Source: Candidatus Latescibacterota bacterium
GTDB lineage: Bacteria; Latescibacterota; UBA2968; GCA-2709665
DNA: 64,000 bases
Direction of reading: 5' to 3'
Assembly (NCBI GenBank): GCA_965219995.1
Contig: CBDCOX010000002.1
Location: forward strand, 992,001 to 1,056,000
Below, piece after piece: positions 27,021-36,731 of this stretch. The number at the start of each line of letters is the position of its first letter. Within the stretch, counting starts at the first letter, position 1. The position numbers and the translations under genes are program-made. The notes below the pieces were generated by a model. The model saw nothing but the letters and a program-made list of their open reading frames with translations, was not told the DNA's origin and made no database searches.

Positions 27021-28088
27021 CTAGGCTCCGTAGACTTCCGCGACGCGCGATGCGATCCCGCGCCAGTCCAGCGATTTTGCGCGTGTAAACGCGGCGCGCC
27101 CCGCCTTGTCGAGGTCGCGCCTTCTGATGTCGAGCAGCGCTTTTGTCAACGCCGTGCTATCTTTCGGGTCGTACAGGATGCCCATCGATTCGTCGACCAA
27201 CTCCGGCAGGCATCCCATCGCCGGCACGATTACAGGTTTCCCGAAGGAAAGTGCCGCGATTGCGGACCCGGACGTCAGCACCTGTGAAAACGGCAGCACG
27301 ACAACGTCCGCGGCATTCAGGTAGATCTGGAAATCTTCATTCGGAAAAAAGCTGTGCGTGAAAACGAGAATGCGTTCGTCCTCTTCCGCCAGAGAAACGA
27401 TCCGGTCGGCATAACTGCCATCGAAGGCCCTACGCGTCATGATGGCCAGCCGCGTGTCGGCCGCCGCGCATCCACGATAGACGTCGATCAGCTTTTCAAT
27501 TCCCTTGTATGCCCTCGCGTTTCCGAAATAGAGATAGACAAACGCGTCCGCCGGCAGACCCAACCGGTGCCGGGCCGCCTCACGCGACAATTCATTTGGA
27601 AAGATGTCGATGTAGTGGCCATGCGGAATGACGTGGAGGGGACCGGTACGATAGAAGAGCCTGCGCGCAAGGCCGGCGCCGTAGCGGCAGTGCGCAATCA
27701 TCCTGTCGGCCGTCCGCGCCACGATCAGCCGCGCCAGATGATCCAGGTCCGGAAACGGGCGCTCGTGAGGATACCGGTTGTGCAACGTCCACACGATCCG
27801 GTACCCCAGTTCTCTGGCATAGTGGAGATTGTCCGCGAAACGACTGAGCCGGGAAACGGATTGCTCCAGGGTGTCATCCCGGTAGAACCAGTGAAGCCAG
27901 TTCAGATGCAATACGGAGAAATCGCTTCGTGCGTCTTTCAGCCAATCCCGCCGAAACGCGTAGTCCCCCAGTTCAAGGTGGATATCCAGCTTGGCAAGGT
28001 CGTGTGCAAGCAGGGGCCCGTAGGGATTGCATCTGTCCTGAAGCGCCAGACCCCCGGCCGCGGCTTCCCAGAAAAAGAAAGCCCGCAT
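27021..28088 (-). CDS. glycosyltransferase family 4
   Basis: WTLHN, FGNARAYKG, SGSAIAALSFGKPVI GT-B motifs. Confidence 0.85.
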   Translation of the reverse strand: MRAFFFWEAAAGGLALQDRCNPYGPLLAHDLAKLDIHLELGDYAFRRDWLKDARSDFSVLHLNWLHWFYRDDTLEQSVSRLSRFADNLHYARELGYRIVWTLHNRYPHERPFPDLDHLARLIVARTADRMIAHCRYGAGLARRLFYRTGPLHVIPHGHYIDIFPNELSREAARHRLGLPADAFVYLYFGNARAYKGIEKLIDVYRGCAAADTRLAIMTRRAFDGSYADRIVSLAEEDERILVFTHSFFPNEDFQIYLNAADVVVLPFSQVLTSGSAIAALSFGKPVIVPAMGCLPELVDESMGILYDPKDSTALTKALLDIRRRDLDKAGRAAFTRAKSLDWRGIASRVAEVYGA

Positions 28089-28091
28089 CGT

Positions 28092-29036
28092 TCAATATCC
28101 CTTACGCTTATCGATCACGCTCAGCAGCGGCCGCCCGGCAACCAACCGTTTCAGGTTTTCGCAGAAAAGGTTCACGATACGGTCCTGCCGGTTGGGCGAC
28201 CCGCCCGCGGTATGCGGGGTGATCAGCACGTTGTCCAATCTCCAGAGCGGGTGCTCCGGCGGGAGCGGCTCGACGGGCGTAACATCCAGCCCGGCCCCCG
28301 CAATCTGCTTGCGCGTCAGCGCGGCGACCAGCGCGGCTTCGTCCATGATTCCGCCCCTCGTCACGTTGATCAGGAGCGCACTTGATTTCATGGAGCGAAA
28401 GGCGCGTTCGTCGAACAGACCGCGCGTATCCGGCGTCAGGGGCGCGCAGACGGCCACGACGTCGGACACGTTCAGCAGGTGGTGGAACCGATCCAACTTC
28501 CAGCATGCCGCCACGCATGCGGGCACATCGACGTCTTCCGGGTCCACTGCCACCACGCGCATGCCGAACGCGTCTGCTCGGACGGCAAGTTCGCGACCCG
28601 TACCCCCCAGGCCCACGATCCCCATGGTCAGGTCAACCAGTTCCCGACTCGCGTTCCGTATCGGCATCCGCTGGTCCCATCCGGGCCTTCGGACAGCCCA
28701 GGCGATACCCCGCGTGAGACCCAGCAACAGCGCCATGGCGTGTTCGGCCAGATGCACGCCAACCGTACCCCGACCGCTTGTCAGCACAACGTTGCTGTCC
28801 ACGAACGCCTTGAACAACTGCCCGTCGACGCCGGCGCCCCACGTCTGCACCCACCGCAATCGCTCTCCGCGCCGGAACATCTCCGGACTCAGACCTCCAA
28901 AGACCACTTCCACCTGCGGCATGACCTCGAGCATTTCGGCTTCGGATTCCGGCGTTAACACTTCCGCGCCGTCGACCGCGGACGTGATCTGTTTCCTGTG
29001 GCGGTCCTCCATATCCACGCGCAGCAGTATTCTCAT
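28092..29036 (-). CDS. D-2-hydroxyacid dehydrogenase
   Basis: GAGVD, GLGGTG, INVTRG, LDVxxxEP, TPHTAG. Confidence 0.9.
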   Translation of the reverse strand: MRILLRVDMEDRHRKQITSAVDGAEVLTPESEAEMLEVMPQVEVVFGGLSPEMFRRGERLRWVQTWGAGVDGQLFKAFVDSNVVLTSGRGTVGVHLAEHAMALLLGLTRGIAWAVRRPGWDQRMPIRNASRELVDLTMGIVGLGGTGRELAVRADAFGMRVVAVDPEDVDVPACVAACWKLDRFHHLLNVSDVVAVCAPLTPDTRGLFDERAFRSMKSSALLINVTRGGIMDEAALVAALTRKQIAGAGLDVTPVEPLPPEHPLWRLDNVLITPHTAGGSPNRQDRIVNLFCENLKRLVAGRPLLSVIDKRKGY

Positions 29037-29080
29037 GACATCGTCTCCGGTCCACAACGTGAGACCGTCCGCCGGGCCGT

Positions 29081-30328
29081 TCAGAATACCTCTTCGGCTG
29101 ACCCGCGAACGGCGACCGCGAGGGCGTCGATTTTTTCTTCCGGAAACCAGGGATTTACGGTGGTCAGGTGGAGAACCCGCTGAAGCAGATCCTCCGTTCG
29201 GGGGCACAGTCCCGGTCCGTAGGTAACCTTGCCGCCGTACACCGGCGAATTCCAGGGATTCGAGTGCGGTGAAGCCGTGGCCTGGTTCCGGATGGGCGGT
29301 CCCATATATACCGGCTTCCCGCCGTATCCGAGACCGGCCGAATACCCGCGATCCCTCATCGCTTTGGCAAACCGCGCGCATGTGTGCCGGTCTTCGAAGA
29401 CGAGATCCCAATGTACGCCGAGGTGGCCGTCTTCGTCGTTTGCCGGCCTGATATTCACCCCGGGCACGCCGGCTACCGCCTTGCTGAATCGGCGGAACTT
29501 GCCGCGCAGGCCTTCGACGACGTCATCCATCTTCTGCAGCTGCGTGAGCGCAACCGCCCCGGACATCTCGGGCATGCGGAAGTTCTCGCCCACGAACGGC
29601 TCCAGGGTCGGCTCGAATCCGGGAAATCGCGTCTTTTCCCGAAACAGCCCCTGGTCGTGGTAACGCACGGCGCGTTCGTAGAGTTCCGCATTGTCGGACA
29701 ACACCACGCCGCCTTCTCCCGATGTGATAATCTTGCCGAATTGCAGGCTGAACGCACCCAGATCGCCCCAGGTCCCTATGGCTCTTCCGTTGTACGTCGC
29801 ACCCGCGCTCTGGGAGCAATCTTCGATCACTTTCAATCCATGCCTCGCCGCGACCTCCATAATGCCATCCATCCTGCACGGCGTGCCCCACAGGTGCACC
29901 GGCAGAATCGCCTTTGTCCTCGGCGTGATTCTTTCTTCGATGGCATCCGGGTCCAGTGTCATCGACCGGTCGACTTCGGCAAAGATCGGCACACCCCCAA
30001 GGAGGACGACTGCCCCCGGCGTGGCGACAAAGGTGACCGGCGGCATGATGACCTCGTCGCCGGGACCGACACCCGCGGCAACCAGGGCAACCTTGATTGC
30101 GGCAGTCCCGGACGTGACCGCCAGGGCGTACGGCGAATCCATCTTCCTGGCGAAACCCTGCTCGAAACGCGCCACCATATCCAGACGATCGGGACCGTAG
30201 TCCCTCGAAAGCGATCGACTCTTTATGACTGCCAGAACTTCCTGCACCTCCTCGTCGTCGAGCACGGACGCCCCGGCGTGGAGACTCCGTACCGGACTGT
30301 CCGGAGGTAGTGTCCTTCGATTTGCCAT
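29081..30328 (-). CDS. DegT/DnrJ/EryC1/StrS PLP-dependent aminotransferase
   Basis: TSGTAA, GDEVI, IEDCSQ, SLQFGKIITSGEGG (PLP Lys). Confidence 0.9.
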   Translation of the reverse strand: MANRRTLPPDSPVRSLHAGASVLDDEEVQEVLAVIKSRSLSRDYGPDRLDMVARFEQGFARKMDSPYALAVTSGTAAIKVALVAAGVGPGDEVIMPPVTFVATPGAVVLLGGVPIFAEVDRSMTLDPDAIEERITPRTKAILPVHLWGTPCRMDGIMEVAARHGLKVIEDCSQSAGATYNGRAIGTWGDLGAFSLQFGKIITSGEGGVVLSDNAELYERAVRYHDQGLFREKTRFPGFEPTLEPFVGENFRMPEMSGAVALTQLQKMDDVVEGLRGKFRRFSKAVAGVPGVNIRPANDEDGHLGVHWDLVFEDRHTCARFAKAMRDRGYSAGLGYGGKPVYMGPPIRNQATASPHSNPWNSPVYGGKVTYGPGLCPRTEDLLQRVLHLTTVNPWFPEEKIDALAVAVRGSAEEVF

Positions 30329-30346
30329 CCCGATTTCTCCCCTGCG

Positions 30347-31753
30347 TCATGCCGGCCAGACAGGCCTCAGAAAATCCCCGGTTTCACGCATCCAACCGGC
30401 GAGTCGGGTTCTCAGGTGGTCTCGCGCGGACCTGTGATTCGGGTCCTGCGCGAGATTCCGCATCTCGTGCGGGTCCGCGCCGCGATCGAAGAGTTGATCC
30501 GCGTCGCGATGGTGATAGATATATTTGCAGGCGTCCGTCACCACGCCCCGGGTGTGAATCCCGCCTCGATGATAACCGTTGAACTCGACAAATACCTCGC
30601 CGGCTGTTCGCACACGGGCATCCGCCAGGTCCGGCATCAGGCTCTTACCCTGCACCCGGGGCATCGGCGGCAGATTCAGCAGGTCCAGAACCGTGGACGG
30701 CAGGTCCACGTGGGAACCGAACCCCCAACGATTGCCGGGTTCGACACCCGGCGAGGATATCAGCAGCGGCAACTGGATGGATTCGGCGTAAAGTACGCCC
30801 TTCTGATAGAGGTTGTGTGCGCCCAGCATTTCGCCGTGGTCGCAGGTAAAAACCACCGTGGTATCGTCCGCACGCCCGCACGCCTCCACAGCGTCCAGTA
30901 CCGTGCCCACGCAGGAATCCAGAAACGCGACAAATCCCCAGTAGGTGGCCGTTGCCAGCGCCCAGCGCTCCCAGGACCAGCCGCGTACGCACTGCGCGCC
31001 GGCTGCGTTTCGAACGGGCTCGGGAAGGCCATCCATGTTCTCGCCGAAGCTTTGCGGAGGTACCATCTTGTCTGGCGAAAACATGCTGTAATACGGTTCG
31101 GGAACCAATATGGGGGGGTGGGGACCGCCCAGAGAACACCAGGCGGCAAACGGGCGGTCATTCGGCGCTGAACGGATGAATTCGCTCACGTTTCGCGCGA
31201 TCGTCATATCCGGATGCGTGTCAACCGGTTCCTGCCATCGCGCCGGCACCGGCGTGCTGATGGCCCAATCGTGCATCGCCCCGCGATCGGTAGGCGTGGA
31301 TACAGGCCCCCTCTGGTCGCCGTCCTTACCGCCCTGCGCAATCAGCATCCGCAGGTGGTCCTTGTAGGGGAAGCCTCGAGGCGCGAAGTGGGCGAATTCT
31401 GTGGACCGGTCGTCCTCGGTCGGTCGGTTGACATGCCAGATTCCCTCGTATCCGACGTGATAGCCGCAATCCATCAGCACATCGATCAGCAGTTGCTCTC
31501 CGGCATTGAGTGTTTCGTAACCCGGCCCGAATGTCGTCGCGCCGTGGGCATGCGGCCATCTCCCGGTCATCATGGACGGACGCGTGGGCACGCACAGGGG
31601 GGTTGCGCAATAAAACTCCTGGAATACCGCGCTGCGCATTGCCAGCCGATCCAGCCGGGGTGTCGGAACTCGCCCTCCGTAGGCACCCAGCGTTTGTCGC
31701 TGAAGCTGATCGCAAAGAATCACGACCAGGTTTTTGGACCGGCTCCGGGACAT
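30347..31753 (-). CDS. Cys-type sulfatase
   Basis: CVPTRxSxxTG formylglycine motif, PHPP, DHGEMLG. Confidence 0.9.
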   Translation of the reverse strand: MSRSRSKNLVVILCDQLQRQTLGAYGGRVPTPRLDRLAMRSAVFQEFYCATPLCVPTRPSMMTGRWPHAHGATTFGPGYETLNAGEQLLIDVLMDCGYHVGYEGIWHVNRPTEDDRSTEFAHFAPRGFPYKDHLRMLIAQGGKDGDQRGPVSTPTDRGAMHDWAISTPVPARWQEPVDTHPDMTIARNVSEFIRSAPNDRPFAAWCSLGGPHPPILVPEPYYSMFSPDKMVPPQSFGENMDGLPEPVRNAAGAQCVRGWSWERWALATATYWGFVAFLDSCVGTVLDAVEACGRADDTTVVFTCDHGEMLGAHNLYQKGVLYAESIQLPLLISSPGVEPGNRWGFGSHVDLPSTVLDLLNLPPMPRVQGKSLMPDLADARVRTAGEVFVEFNGYHRGGIHTRGVVTDACKYIYHHRDADQLFDRGADPHEMRNLAQDPNHRSARDHLRTRLAGWMRETGDFLRPVWPA

Positions 31754-31880
31754 ACTCACCCTGCGACCGTTGGCCCGCTGAACATGAACCGACAAACTGC
31801 CGTTCCGGGTTCAGGGATCGCAACCGGTCGTCCATGGATCGGACGACGATCGATTTCAATCCGGATACACGCGAATACGG

Positions 31881-32546
31881 CTACCGCGCACCGGAGGGGT
31901 CCGCCACCACGACCGAAACCGCGAGCCACCCGCCTACCGGAATGATATTCGAAACCAGTCGCGGGTGTTCGGCAACACGCCTGTTGTATTCCTGTATTCC
32001 TCGCCTGCCGTCGCCGGGTTCCAGGGCTTCGTGTGCGTGGCCGTGACCATTGGCATTGTCGGCCACAATCAGGCCGCCGAGCCTCGTATTTTCCAGCGCA
32101 AAATCCAGATACGCCGGATAGTTTTCCTTGTCTGCATCGATGAAAACGAGATCGAACGGTCCGTCCCCGACAAGGTCTTCCATCAGTTCCGCACCTTTAC
32201 CGGTGCGAACTTCCGTCCGGTCGGCCAATCCCGCGGCGGCGAAGTTCGCACGGGTCACGTCGGCGTGCTTCGGGTCCACCTCGAGAGAGACGAAGCGCCC
32301 GTCGTCCGGCAGCGCGCGCGCCAGCCAGATCCCGGAATAACCGGCCAGGGCGCCGAATTCCAGGATCTTCTTCGCCCCGATCGCTTTCGCAAGCAGATAC
32401 AATGTCTTGCCCGATTCCGGGCTGATTGAGATTGGCGGGAGCCCCTGACTTACCGCACGGGGCATGACACCCTTCAACACGTCGTCCTCCCGCGCGAACA
32501 CCTCCCGCCGATAGGTGTCCAGGTCCGGATAGGATGATTCCGCCAT
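31881..32546 (-). CDS. class I SAM-dependent O-methyltransferase (catechol/CCoAOMT-like)
   Basis: LEFGALAGYS, FDLVFIDADK, ADN. Confidence 0.9.
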   Translation of the reverse strand: MAESSYPDLDTYRREVFAREDDVLKGVMPRAVSQGLPPISISPESGKTLYLLAKAIGAKKILEFGALAGYSGIWLARALPDDGRFVSLEVDPKHADVTRANFAAAGLADRTEVRTGKGAELMEDLVGDGPFDLVFIDADKENYPAYLDFALENTRLGGLIVADNANGHGHAHEALEPGDGRRGIQEYNRRVAEHPRLVSNIIPVGGWLAVSVVVADPSGAR

Positions 32547-32573
32547 CTTGTATTCTCCGAATTCAACGCACCA

Positions 32574-33581
32574 TCACAGAGAATTGGCCTCCGCCCTTCT
32601 CATGAAAGCGCCAAAGTCGACAACGCGTCCTTCGTCGGACGCAACTCCGATTCCCTCCACCATTCCCACGGTCGGCAGATTTCGTCGTCCACCGAATTCC
32701 GGCTCTGCGCCTTCGGCCACATATCGGTGGAACCCGTCCAGCAGGACTTCCTCCGGCGGCGGGGTCTCGTCCAGAGGAACGACTTCGTCTTCGTCCGACC
32801 CCGGGGCGCGCAGGAGCAACCCGCTGTCCGCCAGCTCGAGCGCGCCGCCGTCCAGTTCCAACCTGAGAGCCGATCCGCCCTTGTGGGCCGCGAAGGTACA
32901 AAGGTAACCGCAGGTGGCCCCGCCCTCGAATTCGATCCACGCGTGGACGCCCGCGCCTCCCTTATATGGACTCCAGGGCGGATTGAAGCTGTGTCCCCAC
33001 ATCCGTACGGGATCCGCGTCGAACAGGAAACGGAGGGTGTCGAGGTCGTGAATGCCTCGCTCCCAGAGGTAGGCATGGTCGTCTTCGCCCGAATGGTGAA
33101 CGCGAGGTCTCCAGCCGTACTTGGTCATCAGGCCGAACACCGGACGTCCGTAAGTACCCTCCTTCACGAGGCGGTTGATCGTGACGTGCGCAGCCGCGAA
33201 TCTTGCATTCTGGCAAACGGCCACCCGGACGCCCCTGTCGTCGGCCTCGCGGACCACCCGGCACGCGTCCGCCAGGCTCTTCGTGAACGGCTTTTCCACC
33301 AGAACGTGCTTGCCCGCCCGAACCGCCTGCAGACACTGCTCGGCGTGCATCTGCGGAGGTGTAATGACAACGACGGCGTCGGCCTCAACGCCGTCGAGGG
33401 CGGCGTTCAGCGAACGGTAGCACGCGGCCTCGGGCAACCCGGATTCCTCGCGGGCCGACCTCAAATTGTCTTCGTTCACATCGACGAGCGCAACGCTTTC
33501 GTAATCGGTTCGTTCCTGTACACGACGAACCGGCCATCTCCCCCTGCCCCCCACACCCAGGTGTATAAGACGTATTGCCAT
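32574..33581 (-). CDS. Gfo/Idh/MocA oxidoreductase
   Basis: GVGGRG, AGKHVLVEKP, HDLD. Confidence 0.9.
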   Translation of the reverse strand: MAIRLIHLGVGGRGRWPVRRVQERTDYESVALVDVNEDNLRSAREESGLPEAACYRSLNAALDGVEADAVVVITPPQMHAEQCLQAVRAGKHVLVEKPFTKSLADACRVVREADDRGVRVAVCQNARFAAAHVTINRLVKEGTYGRPVFGLMTKYGWRPRVHHSGEDDHAYLWERGIHDLDTLRFLFDADPVRMWGHSFNPPWSPYKGGAGVHAWIEFEGGATCGYLCTFAAHKGGSALRLELDGGALELADSGLLLRAPGSDEDEVVPLDETPPPEEVLLDGFHRYVAEGAEPEFGGRRNLPTVGMVEGIGVASDEGRVVDFGAFMRRAEANSL

Positions 33582-33876
33582 TCCGCCTCCTCGGAGGATT
33601 GAATCGACGGCTTACCCCGATGAATCTTCCACATCAGCACAATATAAGGAATCAGCCGGTACGCCGCACAAGTTTCCTTCCCCCGTCGTCACTCCGACGC
33701 CGACGGACCGTTAATCCGGTTGACATCGAAGTCCCAATGCGCTAATAATTGGCACGGAACCTCGTGTCCTGGCCCGGAAACCCTCACCATTCATCCGTCG
33801 ATTCAGGCGACTTGATTCAGGGACGGAACGCTCGCGCCAATACCCTGTGCCGACCCGGACGGAGGAAGGAAAACGG

Positions 33877-35364
33877 ATGCTGGAAACCGTCGATCTCACA
33901 CGAAGGCTGAAAAAATCCAGGTATAAGGAACTCATTCCGGATCTCGAACTGAAACTGGGCGATCTTCAGCGAAACGCCAGAGAGTGGAAGATCCCGATCG
34001 TGATCGTCTTCGAGGGCCTGGAGGCATCGGGCAAGGGAACCCAAACCAACAAGCTTCTGCTGGCACTCGACCCCCGGGGTTTCAGCGTGCACCCGACCCA
34101 TCCGGCCAACGAGGAAGAGCGCAGAAAACCCTTCCTCTGGCGTTTCTGGACGAAGATACCGGAGGGAGGGAGAATCGCAATTTTCGACCGGTCCTGGTAC
34201 GGACGCTTTATGGTGGAGCGAATGGACAAGACCATCACCGAACAGGACTGGATGCGGGCTTACGGCGAAGTCAGATCTTTCGAGAAACAGCTCGTCGACG
34301 CGGGCGCTGTGATCGTCAAAATCTTCCTGCATATTTCCCAGGCCGAACAAAGGAAACGGTTCATGAAACTTCAGAGCAGTCCCTCGACCGCCTGGCGAAT
34401 CACGGACTATGACTGGCAGAAGCACGAGAACTACTCCGAATGCCTGTCGGTGGCCTCGGAGATGCTGAAAAAAACCCATTCGGAATTTGCGCCCTGGACC
34501 GCGGTGGCGGCTGAGGAGTGGCGATCGGCCAATATCAAGATCTTCAAGACCGTGATCAATGCCGTTGACGGCAGAATCCGCCAACTGGAAAATGGCGACC
34601 CCGCCACGCGACCAAAGCCTCAGAAACTTGAAAAAACGCCGTCGGGCCTGCTGGACAAGGTGGATCTCTCGAAATCCATGAAAAAGTCCGCCTACCGAAA
34701 AGCCCTGAAAAAGTACCAGGCCCGCATCAAGAACCTGGAACACGAGGTCCACCGCCGCCGCATTCCGGTTGTGCTCGTCTATGAAGGTTGGGACGCGGCG
34801 GGTAAAGGCGGAAACATCAAACGCCTCGTGCAGAATATGGACCCCAGAGGATATGAAGTCATTCCCGTTTCGGCGCCCAACGACACGGAGATGGAACACC
34901 ACTATCTCTGGCGATTCTGGAACCGAATGCCCAAGACCGGGCACATCACCATCTTCGACCGCTCCTGGTACGGAAGGGTCCTGGTTGAACGAATCGAGGG
35001 ATTCTGTTCGGAATCGGAGTGGAAACGCGCCTACAGGGAAATCAAGGAAATGGAAGAACACCTGACGAACTTTGGCGCCGTTATCCTCAAATTCTGGATG
35101 CACGTGGACAAAGACGAACAGCTCAACCGGTTCACGGACCGAAAAAAGCACCCCCACAAGCGGTGGAAGCTGGGTGACGAGGACTGGAGAAACCGGGAGA
35201 AGTGGGATGAATACGAGGAAGCGGTCGAGGAAATGATCCATCGCACGAGCACACCCAACGCGCCCTGGGTGATCGTCGAATCCAACTCGAAGTATTACGC
35301 CAGAATCAAGGTGTTGAAAACCGTTACCCGAAAACTGGAGTCACGCCTCGGCATCCGGCATTGA
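33877..35364 (+). CDS. pap: polyphosphate:AMP phosphotransferase (two-domain PPK2)
   Basis: Two PPK2 domains (FEGLEASGKG and YEGWDAAGKGG), each with FDRSWYGR. Confidence 0.9.
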   Translation: MLETVDLTRRLKKSRYKELIPDLELKLGDLQRNAREWKIPIVIVFEGLEASGKGTQTNKLLLALDPRGFSVHPTHPANEEERRKPFLWRFWTKIPEGGRIAIFDRSWYGRFMVERMDKTITEQDWMRAYGEVRSFEKQLVDAGAVIVKIFLHISQAEQRKRFMKLQSSPSTAWRITDYDWQKHENYSECLSVASEMLKKTHSEFAPWTAVAAEEWRSANIKIFKTVINAVDGRIRQLENGDPATRPKPQKLEKTPSGLLDKVDLSKSMKKSAYRKALKKYQARIKNLEHEVHRRRIPVVLVYEGWDAAGKGGNIKRLVQNMDPRGYEVIPVSAPNDTEMEHHYLWRFWNRMPKTGHITIFDRSWYGRVLVERIEGFCSESEWKRAYREIKEMEEHLTNFGAVILKFWMHVDKDEQLNRFTDRKKHPHKRWKLGDEDWRNREKWDEYEEAVEEMIHRTSTPNAPWVIVESNSKYYARIKVLKTVTRKLESRLGIRH

Positions 35365-35397
35365 ATCCCGGTTCTGTCGCGCGAGAGGAGAGTTGCG

Positions 35398-36669
35398 ATG
35401 CAAATCAAGGACATTGACATCACGTTCCTGGAGGTGCCCTTCACGCCGCACAGCAACGAACACCTCCAATACTGGCTGCCCCAGTGGCGCATCATCCAGA
35501 TATGCAGGCTCACGATGGACAACGGTGTTTCGGGGTTCGGCGAAACCGTTCACAACTATACGTGGGCGCAGGTACCGGAACGGATCGAGAGCCGGATTCG
35601 AAACCGGCCCGCCGCGGAGCTGATGTGGGACGACAGTCTCGGCGCCGGTGTGCAGATGGCGTTGTTCGACGCGGTTGGAAAGAGCCTCGGTGTGCCCGTC
35701 TACCGTCTGCTCGGTTCAAAGGTCCGGGACTGGTGCCCGATCTCGTGGTGGCACATGGACATGCCGCCCGAGGACTGGGCGGAAGAATGCCGCCAGGCCG
35801 TGAACGCCGGATACATGAGCGCCAAACTGAAAGCCCGTCCATGGTTCGATCTGCACGCATCCGTGAGAGCCGTACAGGAAGTGGTACCGGACGGGTTCCA
35901 TCTCGACTTCGACTACAACGGTACGCTGGGCAATTCCGCAAACGCCGTGCCTCACCTGAAGGAACTCGAGGCCTACCCCGAAATTGCAATGGTGGAAACC
36001 CCGATTCCGCAGAACGACGTGGCCGGCAACCGCCAGATCCGTACCCGTTTCAATCGGCCTCTCGCCATGCACTACGGAAGTCCGCCCGCGATCACCGCGC
36101 TGAAGGAGGACGTGACGGACGGCTTCGTGTTGTGCGCGGGCGCGTCGCGGCTGTTGCGGCAGGCCGCCGTATGCGACGAAGCCAACAAGCCCTTCTGGCT
36201 GCAGCTTGTCGGAACGGGCATCACCACGGCGTGGGCGGCGCACCTGGGCGCCGTTCTGCCGCAGGCCCGGTGGCCTGCCATCACGTGTATGAACATCTGG
36301 GAACACCCGTTGATCGAAGCGCCCCATAATATACGCGGCGGATTCTACAGAGTGCCTGAAGCGCCCGGACTGGGCGTCAACGTTGACTACGATGCATTCA
36401 CGCGATACACGGTCTCCCACGCCTGGGTAGATCCCCCGCGTCATCTCTACCGATACGCCCGTGGCAATGGCGAAATTACGTACTACGCCTGCAACCGGCA
36501 GGACCTTCACCGAATTTACGTGGAAGACGCGCAGCCGATATCGGAACCCGGCTCGATCCTGGCAATCGTTCCAGACGACGGAAGCGAGGCCTTTCGGCGC
36601 CGGCACGAGGCCGCCTCCCGCAATCCGGTCAGAGAACGCGCTGACGATTCTGCTCTCACGTCCACCTGA
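35398..36669 (+). CDS. enolase superfamily (mandelate racemase-like) protein
   Basis: ALFDAVGK, KLK, DYN, ETP, PEAPGLG. Confidence 0.85.
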   Translation: MQIKDIDITFLEVPFTPHSNEHLQYWLPQWRIIQICRLTMDNGVSGFGETVHNYTWAQVPERIESRIRNRPAAELMWDDSLGAGVQMALFDAVGKSLGVPVYRLLGSKVRDWCPISWWHMDMPPEDWAEECRQAVNAGYMSAKLKARPWFDLHASVRAVQEVVPDGFHLDFDYNGTLGNSANAVPHLKELEAYPEIAMVETPIPQNDVAGNRQIRTRFNRPLAMHYGSPPAITALKEDVTDGFVLCAGASRLLRQAAVCDEANKPFWLQLVGTGITTAWAAHLGAVLPQARWPAITCMNIWEHPLIEAPHNIRGGFYRVPEAPGLGVNVDYDAFTRYTVSHAWVDPPRHLYRYARGNGEITYYACNRQDLHRIYVEDAQPISEPGSILAIVPDDGSEAFRRRHEAASRNPVRERADDSALTST

Positions 36670-36671
36670 AA

Positions 36672-36712
36672 GAATGAAGAGGGGCTCCCTTGAAGGAAGC
36701 CCCTCTTCATTC
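36672..36712. terminator. long hairpin between convergent genes
   Basis: GAATGAAGAGGGGCT...AGCCCCTCTTCATTC inverted repeat. Confidence 0.65.
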
Positions 36713-36731
36713 CACACCGGTGCGCGCCGGG

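Noticed and set aside
33749-33768. TTGGCACG as a sigma-54 site upstream of pap
   Set aside because: No GC at the -12 position; a TTGACA-type promoter lies just upstream.
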